From assembly GCF_000150275.1 (NCBI RefSeq), contig NW_002060966.1, forward strand, positions 405,922 to 469,921: 64,000 nucleotides of DNA, in the 5' to 3' direction. A program made the position numbers and the translations under genes. Positions within the stretch are counted from its first letter, which is position 1. Each line of letters opens with the position of its first letter. Below are positions 35,881-49,379 of the stretch, in pieces. The DNA comes from Trichoplax adhaerens. Its lineage: Eukaryota > Animalia > Placozoa. The notes under the pieces are model-generated. The model saw only the letters and a list, made by a program, of their open reading frames with translations. It searched no databases and was not told where the DNA came from.

Positions 35881-38010
35881 CACTAGAAGAGATTACCTTA
35901 TTTCCTCCAGTCTTCATCGGCTACTTGAATCTTTGATCATAACATATTGCAGTAACTTATAATTGCTCAATATCAGCGCTATATCTACGCGTCTTAAAAT
36001 ATAAACTATTTTTTTTTTATTGACAATCAACACTAGCATATTAAATTAAAATTATTGCGTGAAATCATCAACAATCACGCGCACCTTAGAAGAAGAAATT
36101 TATCTAGCAGTTGCGTCAGTAATTCTTTTAGGTGCTTTTTTATCTTTATTGTTCCTGATATAATTAAATGATTTTCCCCAGGTTAAAATTAGAATTAAAA
36201 AGAAATTGCTCACTGTTGTAAAGCCCAGTTTTAAAAATATTACAAGTGCTAACTATATCATTCTGTGTTTTTTAAACTGACTATGCTTGATTAAAGCTAA
36301 CATCTGTTACTTTGTAGTCTAATTTTATTAGCTCCACCTCTTACTATATAATATAAAATAATTGTGTACGATTTTATTGCCACGGTCCTATGTCGTTCCA
36401 ATCAAGTTGACATGAGTGTTTCTGATTGGCTGAAAAGGGATTACCGTCACTGTAAAAAAAGAGCTTTTCAGAATTTACCGCAAAAGCGAAGAGTGTACAG
36501 AAACTTTACTGTTCAATTACGGGAAAATGCCTTTTTAATCTGAATCATCTGTATGATATCCAAGCTACTAACAAGGCGAGTCTTGTTTTTTATTACAGAT
36601 CATTATATAAACAGTACAATCCTTGCAATCTTATCTAGATAATTTTCATAACTACTACATTAAGAGTGATTATTATGGTAGGATATTAATGTTACAATAC
36701 CACGGTGAATACCATTACCACATAATGAAAACCCAAAATATCGCAAATTAATCAATTAAATTAATCTATCATTACAGTCACAATTTTGTTTTGTACTGTG
36801 TTACACAATATCCAGTATACTGTACTGTAATATACCTTACATTCTTTATATATTATATATATAATAATTCCACCCTATCTTGTAACAATCTAGAACCTTA
36901 AGTTTGCCCAAATTTTTGGTTATTTATTAAAAGAATTGTGCTTTACTTCACAATAATTAGCAAAACATACTTGTACATATATTCGTACACTATAATAATC
37001 CTGCTTTTTTTAAAGTTTACGAATATTTTTTATCCTAAATTTTGCAAGGAAAAAATTTATATTGAAGTGTAAAAAATGTTAAAGAAAGTACACAGCAAAT
37101 TATAATAAAAAAAATCGTCTATATAGTACGGAATAAAATAAATGTTTGTCTTTACAGCGAACACTATCTTAACTTCAGTTGTCTATAGATTGCATCGTAA
37201 GACAAACATACATTTTTAAATCTTGCACTACCTTATCTTTAGTTATCTATTAACTACATTATTAATTAATAACAGTTAGTAGGTAAACAGTTAATCGACC
37301 GAAGATCAATCGATATAGTACAGTTTAATTGAATACACTTATTATTGGATTTCTCAAAACACATGAAATGTTAAAGCAGGAATTCAGATGAAACTAACAA
37401 CTACGTTCGGTCGAATATTTTATACATTTTAAACAAACGCATGTCATCTTTACGCTAACACTACTATACGTTTAGCCATTTGTAGACCATATTATAAAAC
37501 AACCGTCAGTCTTGACGACTAAGACTATTTTCCATTCAGTCGTTCATAAGTCGTCTGTAAACTTCATTAGAAATAAATGGATATCTTTACGGCTAACACT
37601 ACCTAATCTTCAGTCGCTTATAGACGGCATTATAAAATGAATGCATATCTTTAACGCTAACACTACTTTTAGTACCTGTTATGGAGCCAAGCTCCAAAAT
37701 AATAAAGGCCTTGTTAATTAAAATATATAATATAAATTGTTGTTTATACCCCACTGGTCTAATAAGCGTTAATGAATACATGTTTATTGATAAGGTTAAT
37801 GTCTAAGTAATTAAATACTAATACCTAAGTGTAAGGCGTAATTTATACTGAGCCTCAAGGCTCTAATTGGCACAAATAAATTTATTATTCTTAATTAGCG
37901 TTAACTTATACTGATTTATGTTAACTTCTTCTATCTAAATTCCTACACTAAACAGCGTAACTAGTTATGTCTAAGATACTAACATATGCACCATCGGCGG
38001 AGGCCGAGAC

Positions 38011-38249
38011 TATATAAATTCGAGCACTAAATTAGCTGTTCAGTTCCTTTTAAAGCATTTTTAGATTCACTTAATCATTTTTGCTAGGAGTTTTCTTAGG
38101 ATATATCTCAATAAAGTAAATTCCTGAAACCTATTACCCGTTGGTAGCTTATCTGTGTAGTCGAGAGTTAGTTCAACTACGATAAATCGCCTAAGTCAGT
38201 TGGGGACACGAGTAGTCGTGACAACAGCGTTTAAGACCTCTTCGAAAAG
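38011..38249 (+). promoter_or_regulatory. TATA box plus Inr core promoter and putative non-coding first exon (TSS about 38042, donor at 38250)
   Basis: TATATAAA at 38011-38018 lies exactly 31 nt before the A of TCAGTT (38040-38045). It is followed by about 208 nt without any ATG, ending in AAG|GTAATT. Confidence 0.5.
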
Positions 38250-39505
38250 GTAATTCGTAACAGTGCCATACCTTTACATCCTGTTACGAATTATAAAATA
38301 CGAAATAATTGACAAGTAAAGTATGAAAAATGGCTAGATAATAAATCAACTGATAATTAACATTATACAAGAACCAAAAAATCTCTTCCTGAGCTGAATT
38401 TCGGACATTAGCCACAATTTTATCATAAAAATAAAGCTACGGGTAGGGCAACAAAATCTGTATTGCTCGCTTTATACAACATGTAAATCACACTAAGAAT
38501 AATTGCATATTTTATAACTGCTCTCTGGTGATTTGATTAGTCAAAAAAGTTCTTTATATCTATAGCGGAACTTCAAAATCGAGGACGAACAACAACACTC
38601 GACGGCGCTCTATTAGCACGATACTTAAATTGTTTACAACATACAGATTATAAAATAAGATGAAGTAAACTTGCAAAACTAAGTAAGCCTTTTCAAATCT
38701 AAGAATCTTCTTCTACTCACTATGTTAACAATAGTATATTTTTGAAACAGCTTCACTACTGTTAGTCAATTGCATAAAAATGATCAAATTTATAGCAATA
38801 AGATAAATATTCGGATATTCATATTCTGATCGTTGTTAGTATCAACACGATTGGTAATTTGTTACCTATTTTGGGTTTGCAACAATGGGACTTTTGGCGA
38901 AAATATTTCCAATGCGTTAATAATTTAATAATCAATCGAGATGGAACAATGGAATATTAATATATATTAGAAATTTCTTGTTTTATTCATTATAAGTAAT
39001 TTCAATAATGATCTATAATTGGAGGGAGATCAGTCATTTCTTCCTATAACCGACTTGATAGATCGTATTGTCTTACAATCAATGAATTGGTTGTCAATCA
39101 CGATCAGTAATGAACAAACTTTTATGATTGAAGTGTAGTTCCCACATGATACAACAATTCGCAGAACTTTCAGACGTATTGTTTTGATTCCATATTTAAG
39201 TAAACGTATGAAATCATGTCAAGTATCTGATCCTACGGGAGCGGTATGTAATATCTTTCAAATACAAAAATACACGATTCGAAAATTATTAATTCATTAA
39301 ATCGCTTAAGGCTATAACTTAAGGCATATCATGATAGTCTGTTCATATCAGCTGGACTGTTGGTGCGTTGACGCTGTAACGTTTAGTAAATGCAAGCATC
39401 CGTTTCCGTGTACCATCCTTTTATTTGGCAAATAGTCATCAGTAAAGCAGTAATTAAAAAAATTACAGATAAAATAGACTCTACAGTTCAAGGTAGAAAT
39501 ATTGG

Positions 39506-40036
39506 AATTAATTGACAAGAAGAGCTTGCAGAATTAGCAATCCATCGACAAAACTTTTGAAATTGATTCCTCTTTCTTGATTTATTTACCACTAACATCG
39601 ATATTGCGGTATTCATTTATGAAAAATTTAAACATTTTAATAGCAAAAGAGCATAACCCTACCAGAAAAGATCAAAATAGCCAAGCAATCGTGTGAAAAA
39701 CTTAAAATTGATTGTATTTTACGATTAATATTGATGATTGATACTGATATTGATAATTCATTAACTGATATTAGACATTGATATTAATTGGCAAGAAGAG
39801 CTTGCAAAGTTAGCTATCCATCGCTGCTGGGACTTTCGAAATTGATTCCTCTTCCCAGATTCCAGCTGTAACTAATATTGATCTTGTGTAAGGTATTCAT
39901 TTCGTAAATTTGGACACTTTATTACCAAAAGAATATAACCTTACAGGAAAAGAGCGAATATAATCAAACTATCGTATCAAAAACTTGAAATTTGTTCTAT
40001 TTGGCGGATAAATATAGACGACTGATACTGATTTTG
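39506..40036. repeat. Tandem duplication of about 276 bp upstream of GPCR1 (third homolog at about 44800-45065 before GPCR2)
   Basis: aattg(a/g)caagaagagcttgca..ttagc.atccatcg...gaaattgattcctctt...ggtattcattt...aaaaactt.aaatt...tgatactgat at 39506 and 39782. Confidence 0.85.
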
Positions 40037-40073
40037 AGAACCCACTCAGAGCACAAAGAATTTGATATATAAA

Positions 40074-41198
40074 ATGAACGCTAGCTTTAATGACTTTATT
40101 AACAAGACCCAATCATTTTATAGTAATATTTGGAGCGATATAATTAGACGCACTGAAATCATGCAGCCGGCTTTGACTGTGATGGCCTGCTTATATATTA
40201 TGATCATGGTTATAGCTATACCTGGTAATTCATTAATCTTATGGATTACTTTGGCCAATAGGCACCTGAGGACACCGACAAACTTGATGGTTTGTAATTT
40301 AGCCGTAGCAGGATTGTTGTTAGCAAGCATACAGATACCATTTAAAATTTTTGATCTTTTAAGCCCAATTCAGTCAAGATATTACTATCCGTTTAGCGTT
40401 TCTGTATGCAAGATGACTCTAATGATACCTGGAGTATGTGTTACAGCAATATCGTTTACCTTAATGGCTATTTGCGTCGATCGATATCGTGCGATTGTAA
40501 CTCCGATCAAATTTAAGTTGATAACCCATCCAGTTAAGGTCGCCATTTTTTTGCCATTATGTTGGTTATTTGCTTTCTCGCTTTTGGCGCCTTATGGTGC
40601 TTTTGCAACCATTCACCCATGGTTTGAACAACGCCAAGTTTGTGTTGTAAATTGGATGACTAACCACCATTTGGATATCATCTTCGTTAAAAATAGAATA
40701 GTGTACTTTATACCTTTCTCCAAGATGATCCTCTGGCTATTATTTATTATTCTAGTCTTTCTTGTGCCAACAATCATTATGACAATGTTATACAGCATTG
40801 CCGCTCGAGTGTTGTGGCGTGAAGGGCTAGAAAAGATGCGAATGATGACTTCGATGAGTCTAGAATCCAGTTCGATTAGCCGTGAACGATGTGCTAGCTT
40901 AAGTTTGGATGAGCATCGATTAAAAGCTCGAAAACGAACTATTAAAATTTTGATAGCCTGCTTTATCTTGTTTATTGCCAGCAATTTACCGTATTATACT
41001 TTGCTCACGTTGTTTGAATTTAAATTAATTCAACTTCCAAATTATTTCGTACGTTATGGTCTGATCAATGCATTTGTGCTCTTAAATTATACTTGCATTG
41101 CTTATAATGCCATTATTTATGGCTACTTTAATTATAACTTTCGGCGTAATGCTCCTCGATGGTTTCATTTGAAGAATTATTGTTCACAGTGCAGATGA
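40074..41198 (+). CDS. Rhodopsin-family (class A) GPCR, peptide-receptor-like, intronless CDS
   Basis: Seven hydrophobic segments; TM1 GN, LRTPTN, TM3 C...DRY, TM4 W, TM5 F-L-V-P...Y, TM6 LPYY, TM7 NAIIY-x-x-x-N-x-x-FR. The likely start is the ATG at 40074 (MNASFNDF matches paralog MNNSINDF); the ORF track's 40062 start is TTG. Confidence 0.93.
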   Translation: MNASFNDFINKTQSFYSNIWSDIIRRTEIMQPALTVMACLYIMIMVIAIPGNSLILWITLANRHLRTPTNLMVCNLAVAGLLLASIQIPFKIFDLLSPIQSRYYYPFSVSVCKMTLMIPGVCVTAISFTLMAICVDRYRAIVTPIKFKLITHPVKVAIFLPLCWLFAFSLLAPYGAFATIHPWFEQRQVCVVNWMTNHHLDIIFVKNRIVYFIPFSKMILWLLFIILVFLVPTIIMTMLYSIAARVLWREGLEKMRMMTSMSLESSSISRERCASLSLDEHRLKARKRTIKILIACFILFIASNLPYYTLLTLFEFKLIQLPNYFVRYGLINAFVLLNYTCIAYNAIIYGYFNYNFRRNAPRWFHLKNYCSQCR

Positions 41199-44100
41199 AT
41201 TAATGCACAAGAGCCGTGATAGGGATTCTATATTGTGGTAGAATGTCAACAATTTGCGGTTGATCAAAAACTACAGATAACTGAAAGTATCTAATGCAAC
41301 TATATTAGATGACTAAAATAAGTAAGAGCTTTTAAATTGGCAGTAATTTGAATTTCCTTACTCTTTATTGATCTTATGTTTTGGTATTGAAATTGAAATA
41401 GAAAGCTAAATCTTATTATACGATTTCAATGATACTACTCTTTCGAACACCACCGTAACTGTATTATTTAACTAATTGATATCTTTAATTTGGAGATGGT
41501 ATGTTGATTCAAATAATTGCGACTTAGTAGTTCGTCGATGATGATGACGAAGTGAAAATAACTTCGAAAATTAACGTAAGAAAGCGTAATTTGGGAATAT
41601 TGAATTTAGTCAATTGCTTACAGTTAATCAGTGTTGTATAACGAATGTTAATGACAATACAAAATGTTTTCAGCTCAGTAAAATAAATTCTCTAGACCTA
41701 TCTGGAAAATGTCGCTAATTCTACGTGTTTTAATTAAGAGTAGTTTTTGCTTGGTTGGTAAAGTAAAGTTAGCATTTTATATTCAAAAGAGCAAGAGAAA
41801 ATCTATGATCATTTGAATAAGTAAGAAATCTGCATACGGTATTAATTCTTAATGTTTAAACTATCGGAAAGATGAAATTATCTAGTAGGAATAAAAATAT
41901 CTAATCATTGTATGGAATTCAAAGGAATCTCATTCTTGCATGATAAATTAATGAATTGCTGATAGAATTTCCAAAACTTTTTGGTGCATGGCTTTTGAAT
42001 AATGAAGCGATAATTACTTCTTACACGACTTGATCGGTTGTGAGATTCTAGCCAATCTTTCATGGTCGATGGTAGAATGGTTTCGAAAATGTGACAAACA
42101 AATTTTAAATATAACAGATAATTAACTGATTTTGTACTAGGAGTTTATCGACTAAGATACATTTACTCTTGCATTTAAAACTGATTCATAATTTAGTTAT
42201 GAGTGCACTGATAGAATAATCTATGCCGTCTATGCCACTAAACCGTTAACAGACTAAATAGTCTGTAGAGCAACAATATTGATTTTAGTTTTTGAAGTAG
42301 TTTAAATTTTCTAGTTATAAATTTCCATTTGTAATAACAGTATTAAACGATAGCTTAGAGAGATTGGAGATATTAATTAATTAACATTTAATGTAACTTA
42401 CCAGTAAACTATGCTTAAGAATACTGTTTCTTGTTTTAGTTATTGCTAACGTTAATACTAAATTTTGGCTACTTAAAAACTAATGAAGTAAATTGTAGAT
42501 GGTGAAGATTTTCATTTATTATAGCAATAGAAAGAAAATACTGAACGCCAGTTAATAATGTAAATAAGTAAGAAAGCACAAATAAAATAAATAGGGTTGA
42601 ATCAAATTGTCATATAGCATTAATAATCGTTATTAGTGCAAATGATTATACGCGTATTTCAATTTAATTTCTTAATTTAATAATTGTATTTAGATCCTTC
42701 TTCAATCATGTTAGCAGGTTTTGCTATATTTGTGCAAATACCTCGAGTGCATTACCAAGTAGGTAATTAATACCGGTATGTAGTAAAGGAATATTAATTT
42801 TGACTGACTGTAGGAATTTCTATGTTTTATGAGCTAACTCTTAACAATTTCAAAAGTAGACTTAAATTTGAGATTACTCGCTTGCTTACGGTATGTCGGC
42901 GATTTGATCATTCAAATTATTTTAATTGATGTACTGCATAAGTTGCTGTCACAAAACAGCTTTGCAACAAGATAACGCAATGTACGATCAATAAGTCAAT
43001 TCCTTGAACCACGTATCAAGGAACCATATCTGCACCATCACAAACACTTTTGCTCTACTAGCAGACTACATAAAGACTTAAACGCCTCGTATTTTACGTT
43101 AAACACTAAGTTTGAGAATTCTCTTTATTCCAATATATACTGCATTTATATACTATTCCTCAATAGTTCATGAGTCATAGTTAATACAATTAACCTCGGA
43201 ATCATTTACTGAATTAGATATTAATTTTAGCTACTGCTCCCTTAATGCAGACAACAGTATTTACGAACATAGACATGTAATGACTAATACAGAATAGTCA
43301 GATTACGATATGTCCTATCACGGAACATTTCCATGATAATTTACAATCTGCCATAAGTAAATTACAATCACAATGATTCGATCTGTAAGTAGATGATTTG
43401 CATTCCCTATTATAACTATTAATTTCAGTATGTGTATAAGTGTCACTGTGATAAAAAGTCAGTGCTATATTAAAACACAGTATATCCAAATCAGAAGTTA
43501 ACTAAATAAGGATAGTCTAATAGAATTATCCTAACATAGATATTTCTACTGTAATACAGTATTTAACACTATAACAGTTGCCAATTAAGATCAGGTGCGA
43601 ACAGCTTTGTAATTAACTTGTGAAATACAACGATAGACAACGCTGAGATTATGCATTGAATAGGCTATATTGTGATAAACTATTTTTCTCAAAAATAGTA
43701 AATGAATTATAGTTTACTGTTATGATATATACAAATCACGAGATTCCAAATTTTAGAAAAATAAGGGCTTTATTGAATCTTTACAAAGATTAACTACACA
43801 CAGCTCTACTTTAGCCGAATACTACTACTAACGACTTCTAGAACGAACTAACAGAATAATCTGAAGTAGCATGCTTTTATACTTTTCGTAGCATTCGTAG
43901 CTACAATCTGTATGGCAACCTTTTACCTTATATTACACATAGTTAAATTATTCTTAGTAAGACTATTCTACTGCGGACCATCATTAATCCAATATGGATA
44001 CGACTACAGTACTTACGTAGACATTATTTACACCAGCCAAAGTACAATGAATTAACCATATCCTAATATATGATTTACAGTTCTATTTTTACCTAAAGCC

Positions 44101-45144
44101 TAATTAGTAACTCAACACCTCACCGTATATAGTCATGTGTACTCTAGCATAGAGTCTATACCACTACAGTCTATAGTTATAGCTACCAAATATCTGTTAG
44201 GATAAATATCTACCGTATATTAAACTTGGCTAACAGTCTACAATCACAATACTAGTTACATTACAACTGTAAACTTGGATTCACAACCTATATCTGGTTT
44301 ATCTTACACTTATTCATATTGTGGCTTCTAATTGAATTATCACAATGTGAATTTTATACTGCTAACGCAAGCTATATATAGTATATAACATTAAATAAAA
44401 ATTTTTATGTTTTATTAACGATAAACAACTTGAATAATAGACCTCCATGTAAAATCCATCGTTTATTTGCGTTACCTTTCTATTAAATCTCATTGGTTTA
44501 ATTGATAAATACGTTGTCAATCACGATAAGGTATGAGCAGCTGGTTTAAATTAACTCCCAAAATATGAATATATGTAATTCAGAGATTATAACTCTATAA
44601 ATGATTTGAAGCTATAAAATAAAGCTAATCACAATTATCTTTTCATATCTGTTTGGCCACGATACATTGTAATTAAAAGTAGAATCATACGTTTTCGTAC
44701 AGTGATTATTTTATTATACAGAAACATATTAAGATAAAGAAGACTCTGTTTTGAAAATTTCGATAGACTGACTCTACGTTTCATAGCAGAGACATTGGTA
44801 TAAACTGACAAGAAGAGCTTACAAAATTAGCAACCCATCACGGAAAATTATTGCAATTTATTTCGATTTCTGGACTACTTTTGCGACTTATAATTATATC
44901 AATATTGTGAACGGCATCCAGTAGCAAATTTAGATATTTTGTTATCAATAAAGTATCGTACCATCTTATCAGAAAAGTGCTAAGGCCAAAATTAACTAAT
45001 CGTCTTAAAAGCTTGAAATTTATAAAACTTTATGATCAAGACTCATCGTTAATACCGATATTGAATATCCATTTAGAACACGAAGACTCTATAATATTGA
45101 AATTATCTATCATTTAGACAAATATCACTAAGTAAATCATCAAA

Positions 45145-46281
45145 ATGAATAACAGCATTAATGACTTCGTGAATAACTCTCAGGCAATCATAAATAATAT
45201 ATCCGGTTATATTGAAAGAATTGAAGTTATACGAACAGCTTTGACCATAATAGCCGTCATATACGTTACGCTAATACTTATAGGTATTCCTGGCAATTTA
45301 TTAATTATATGGATTACTTTGGCTAACAAGCACTTGCGGATACCGATAAATTTATTGGTTTGTAACTTGGCCCTTGCTGGATTGCTAATAGCAAGCTTAC
45401 GAATTCCAATTACAATTTTCGAACTTTTATTCCCCATTCAATTTGCTAATCACTATCCGTTTACTCTTTCAGTCTGCAGATTGTCTGAAATTGTGCCAGG
45501 TGCATGTGTCATAACAATATCTCTTACGTTAATGGCTATTTGTATCGATCGATATCATTCGATTGTACATCCAACAAAGTACAAACTGAGAATGAATCCA
45601 GTTAAGGCCATTATTTTTTTGATATTATGCTGGTTGTTCGCTTTCTCGTTTTGGATACCATATGCATTTTTTATTAGGATTGGTAGCTCTACGAGATATC
45701 GCTATTGCTACACAATTTGGCCTTCAAGTCCGTTATTGGATGTAAGAATTCCTAATTCCGCTTATGGAAATATCATAATACCATACTCAAAAATGATTTA
45801 TTTGCCACTCTATTTCATTCTGATCTTTCTTATCCCAATTACCATTATGACGACATTATATATCATTACTGCTAAAAAATTGTGGCATACAAGGCCTGAA
45901 CATATGTTAACAACAGCGCTTAATAGTACAAAACCCAATGCGACTACTAGTAAACGATCCGATAACATATCTCAGGATGGACATCGACTTCATGCTCGAA
46001 AACGGATCGTTAGAATTTTCATAGCTTGCTTTATCTTATTTATTTTCAGCAATCTGCCATATTACATGATCACAATCTTAATTCAATTTGGATTAATTCC
46101 AGTTTGGAGTGGTAACAGTGAATTTGTACTGTATAGAGTTTTTATTCTCTTGAATTACTCCTGTGTTGCTTATAATGCCATTATTTATGGCTACTTTAAT
46201 TACAACTTTAGACGTAAAGCTCCCCGATGGTTACAGTATAAATGTCCGCAATGTAGATCAGCAAGGCTATCAGCAAAGTAG
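45145..46281 (+). CDS. Rhodopsin-family GPCR, tandem paralog of 40074-41198
   Basis: Same motif set (PGNLLIIWITLANKHLR, TLMAICIDRY, CWLFAFS, SNLPYY, AYNAIIYGYFNYNFRR). Flanking non-coding homology: about 38960-42060 versus 44385-47050. Confidence 0.93.
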   Translation: MNNSINDFVNNSQAIINNISGYIERIEVIRTALTIIAVIYVTLILIGIPGNLLIIWITLANKHLRIPINLLVCNLALAGLLIASLRIPITIFELLFPIQFANHYPFTLSVCRLSEIVPGACVITISLTLMAICIDRYHSIVHPTKYKLRMNPVKAIIFLILCWLFAFSFWIPYAFFIRIGSSTRYRYCYTIWPSSPLLDVRIPNSAYGNIIIPYSKMIYLPLYFILIFLIPITIMTTLYIITAKKLWHTRPEHMLTTALNSTKPNATTSKRSDNISQDGHRLHARKRIVRIFIACFILFIFSNLPYYMITILIQFGLIPVWSGNSEFVLYRVFILLNYSCVAYNAIIYGYFNYNFRRKAPRWLQYKCPQCRSARLSAK

Positions 46282-47169
46282 AATAATGCCAACAATTTAG
46301 TGTTCATGAATTGTTTTCGCAAATAAAATCACAGCAGAAGCGATAATTACAGGATGAAATACATCAATACCTATTTTTAATTCATAGTAGCTTAAAGTGA
46401 GGAGCTGCTTTTTCCATGCTTCACTATTTTAAGCTATTTCAACTTTGCCACTTCTTTCACGAACTGCTATTTATCGGTATTGTTTAATTAATTTATGAAT
46501 TCCTCCAATTTTGTCTTAGTAGGTTATGTTAAAGAAAAGGCAATGTGATTATCACGATTATGTGAAATTAAAGCTAACAATATGAATCAGCAGTTGCAAT
46601 TTGCGGACATTAAATTGCGTAGAACGCTTGAAGTTAATTTATTTTGGACAGCTCATGTATAGTTCAATGTAAAAATGATCTCAACTCAATTCAAGCAACT
46701 AGACCAAGCCTTTCAAGAAAATACAGTCCTTTTTGCTTTCTTAATTGAAATCTCCATTTAAAGGCATTAATAAGTTAATGACTGCTAATGATGAACATGA
46801 GTCAGCTCATATCTAAAGTAAACTTGAAACTTGCTTATCATGTAATTCCTAATTTCGTAATTCCAATAAATAGGAATTATCTATAATAGCATAATAAGAA
46901 TATCCAAGTATTGTATGTAAATGAAAAACCTAATTCTTGCAATATAGATTGCTTAAGTTCTGATAGAATTTAAAAAAGTATTTGCTGCATAGTTTAGAAT
47001 AGCACAGTGATAGGTACCGTAAAATACTTTATTGGCAACAGTGAGAATCTAATGTATGCTACCCTGGGCTTGACCTGAGATACAAGCTCCAATTGGCATT
47101 TCTTAATGATACTTCTGGCACAAGTACAAATAACAGATACATTACAAAATCATATGCTATCACGACTAA

Positions 47170-47520
47170 AACTGAAAATAAATTATGTGTCGGCAATACG
47201 CCAGTAATATTTCGATACAGATGAGACAAGTGAATTAACTTATTCGATAATATTGCTATTTAGCAGCAAGGGCTTCGCTGAAAATAAGCTGTGTGTCCGT
47301 AATACTCAAACAATATCGTCGATACAAAATAAATATAAGCTACTTAAAGATAATTTACATATCAATCGGTATTGCTGTTTTGTGTCTCAGATTTAATTGA
47401 AATCAAACTATGAATCATTAATGAACGAACGATATTGTCTAGGCAAATGAGACAAGTAAATCAACCTACTTGGGTAATATTGCTATTGGCATCACGAATT
47501 GCATAGAAAATGCGTAAACT
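47170..47520. repeat. Degenerate two-copy tandem repeat (about 225-bp period)
   Basis: atgagacaagt(g/a)aat(t/c)aac(t/c)ta...taatattgctatt at about 47221 and 47447. Confidence 0.6.
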
Positions 47521-49379
47521 ATGTGCTGATAATGCTGTAACTTAGATACAAATAAGACAATTGGTTGACATTTTCGGCAATATTTTAAGTATTAAGCATT
47601 TTACCTCTAGAAATGAAGTGGTAATAAACGGTGCAGTAATGCTTTAGTAAAATCGAGAAAAATATTCAAGTTAAGCAGCAAACATAACAAGGTTGGTATT
47701 GAAAAATTATCTCGTAGATCGTTAATTTCTGCAAGTTTTCAATTTAAATAGTATTTTATGCTAGAATGGCAAGCTTTTCAAATGATACGCTATGAAGAAT
47801 TTTACAACGACACATTTTATGAGCCTTCTTCAACCTGTTGAGGTACGAGTAATAGTATAGCTAGCAAGGATAGCTGGAAAAAGATTACTTACAACAATAT
47901 CTGCTCTTAGAAATTAGGAACTTAGAACAATACTCTAAAGAAAAAGCGAAACTGCTAAAATATGAAATTAACGTTGTGTATATCAGATTGTGAACAACAT
48001 CAATTAAACTTTCAGAACTTAATTTGCACCGGAGATTCTATGATTATACTTGTACACTAGCCTATCTAAACAGCTTTACTACAGGCAGTCAACTGCATAG
48101 CAGTTATCAAATTCATAGTTTTCGGATAAATTGTATTATGCGAAACTCGTATTCTGATATTAAAACGAATTGTATCCATATGAAGTTTGTGGTTGAGGCG
48201 ATATATTACATTAACATATTGATAAATTAAATTGTATTTCAAATTTAACATCTGGCATTCTGTAGACTTCCATTCGACTTAGTTTACCTATTTGCCAATA
48301 AAGAGCTATCATATCCTCCTATCTTTCGTGCATCTGTGATAATATTTATTAGGTTAAACAGGAACTATTAAGACTAAAGATATAGATTTGACAAACAAGA
48401 AGCTAAATATGATATTTGCACCGATGTTGCTATTGATGAAGATGAGCATTGAAAAAAATACTACAGTAATTGAGCGTTGTGCTGTGATATTTAAATGGAC
48501 AGATGACAACAAAATGTATACTATACTGCTTGTATAGATAACACAGCTGTTATGGAGTTTGTTACGATTATTTACGGTTAGGTACGATATTATGTAACGT
48601 AATTGTCCATTAACGGTCATGGCTTTAATTAATCCGAACACAAACTAGTCCAGTAGTATAGTACATATACGCATTGAATATGTATGGTAACAGTTTATAT
48701 AGACGCATTACTTAAGGCGTTACCATCATAGCTATCTTAATTATGGAAATATTCAGGATCGTCAGTAAATGACATTTAACGATACTAAATATTTGCCTAG
48801 ATAAAATACCGGCTTTCTTGTAAATAATTTATAATTTCTTACTTGGTAATCCCTGATCTTTAATATCTTAAGAGATCTCAATTTAAATGAAGTAATTTAA
48901 AGGGATTTTCATTGATTCTAGAGCACGGCAGGTTATACTGAATAACTTAGTTAAATAAGATGACCAGGAGAAAATAACCTTAGCAGTTAGAATCAGGAAG
49001 TGTAATTTGGACATAGTTAACCTAGACGATTACTTAGAGTTAATTGATATTGGGCAGCGAAAACTAACTACAATATAAAAATTTGTTTCTTAGCTCAATT
49101 AAATAGACTATACTACAAATTTAAAGAAAATATTACACTTTATCGGTATTTATTTAATTCAAAGCCCAATCATAATATTTGAAACAGTACAATTAGCAAA
49201 TTTGTTTGAAAGGTCGAAAAAAATCAACTTTCATCTAAAAATAACCGGAAATCCATATACGGTTGTTATACTTCTCTTACTCTCTGAGACATAGACTCCT
49301 TACAAACCCCAGCTTTTACTCCAGCAACACAATACGCAAATCTTAGAACTTTAAAATCGCCTTTTATTCACGTAGCCTT

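Noticed and set aside
40074-46281. Opsin identity for the GPCRs
   Set aside because: There is no Lys at position 7.43 (Tyr in both).
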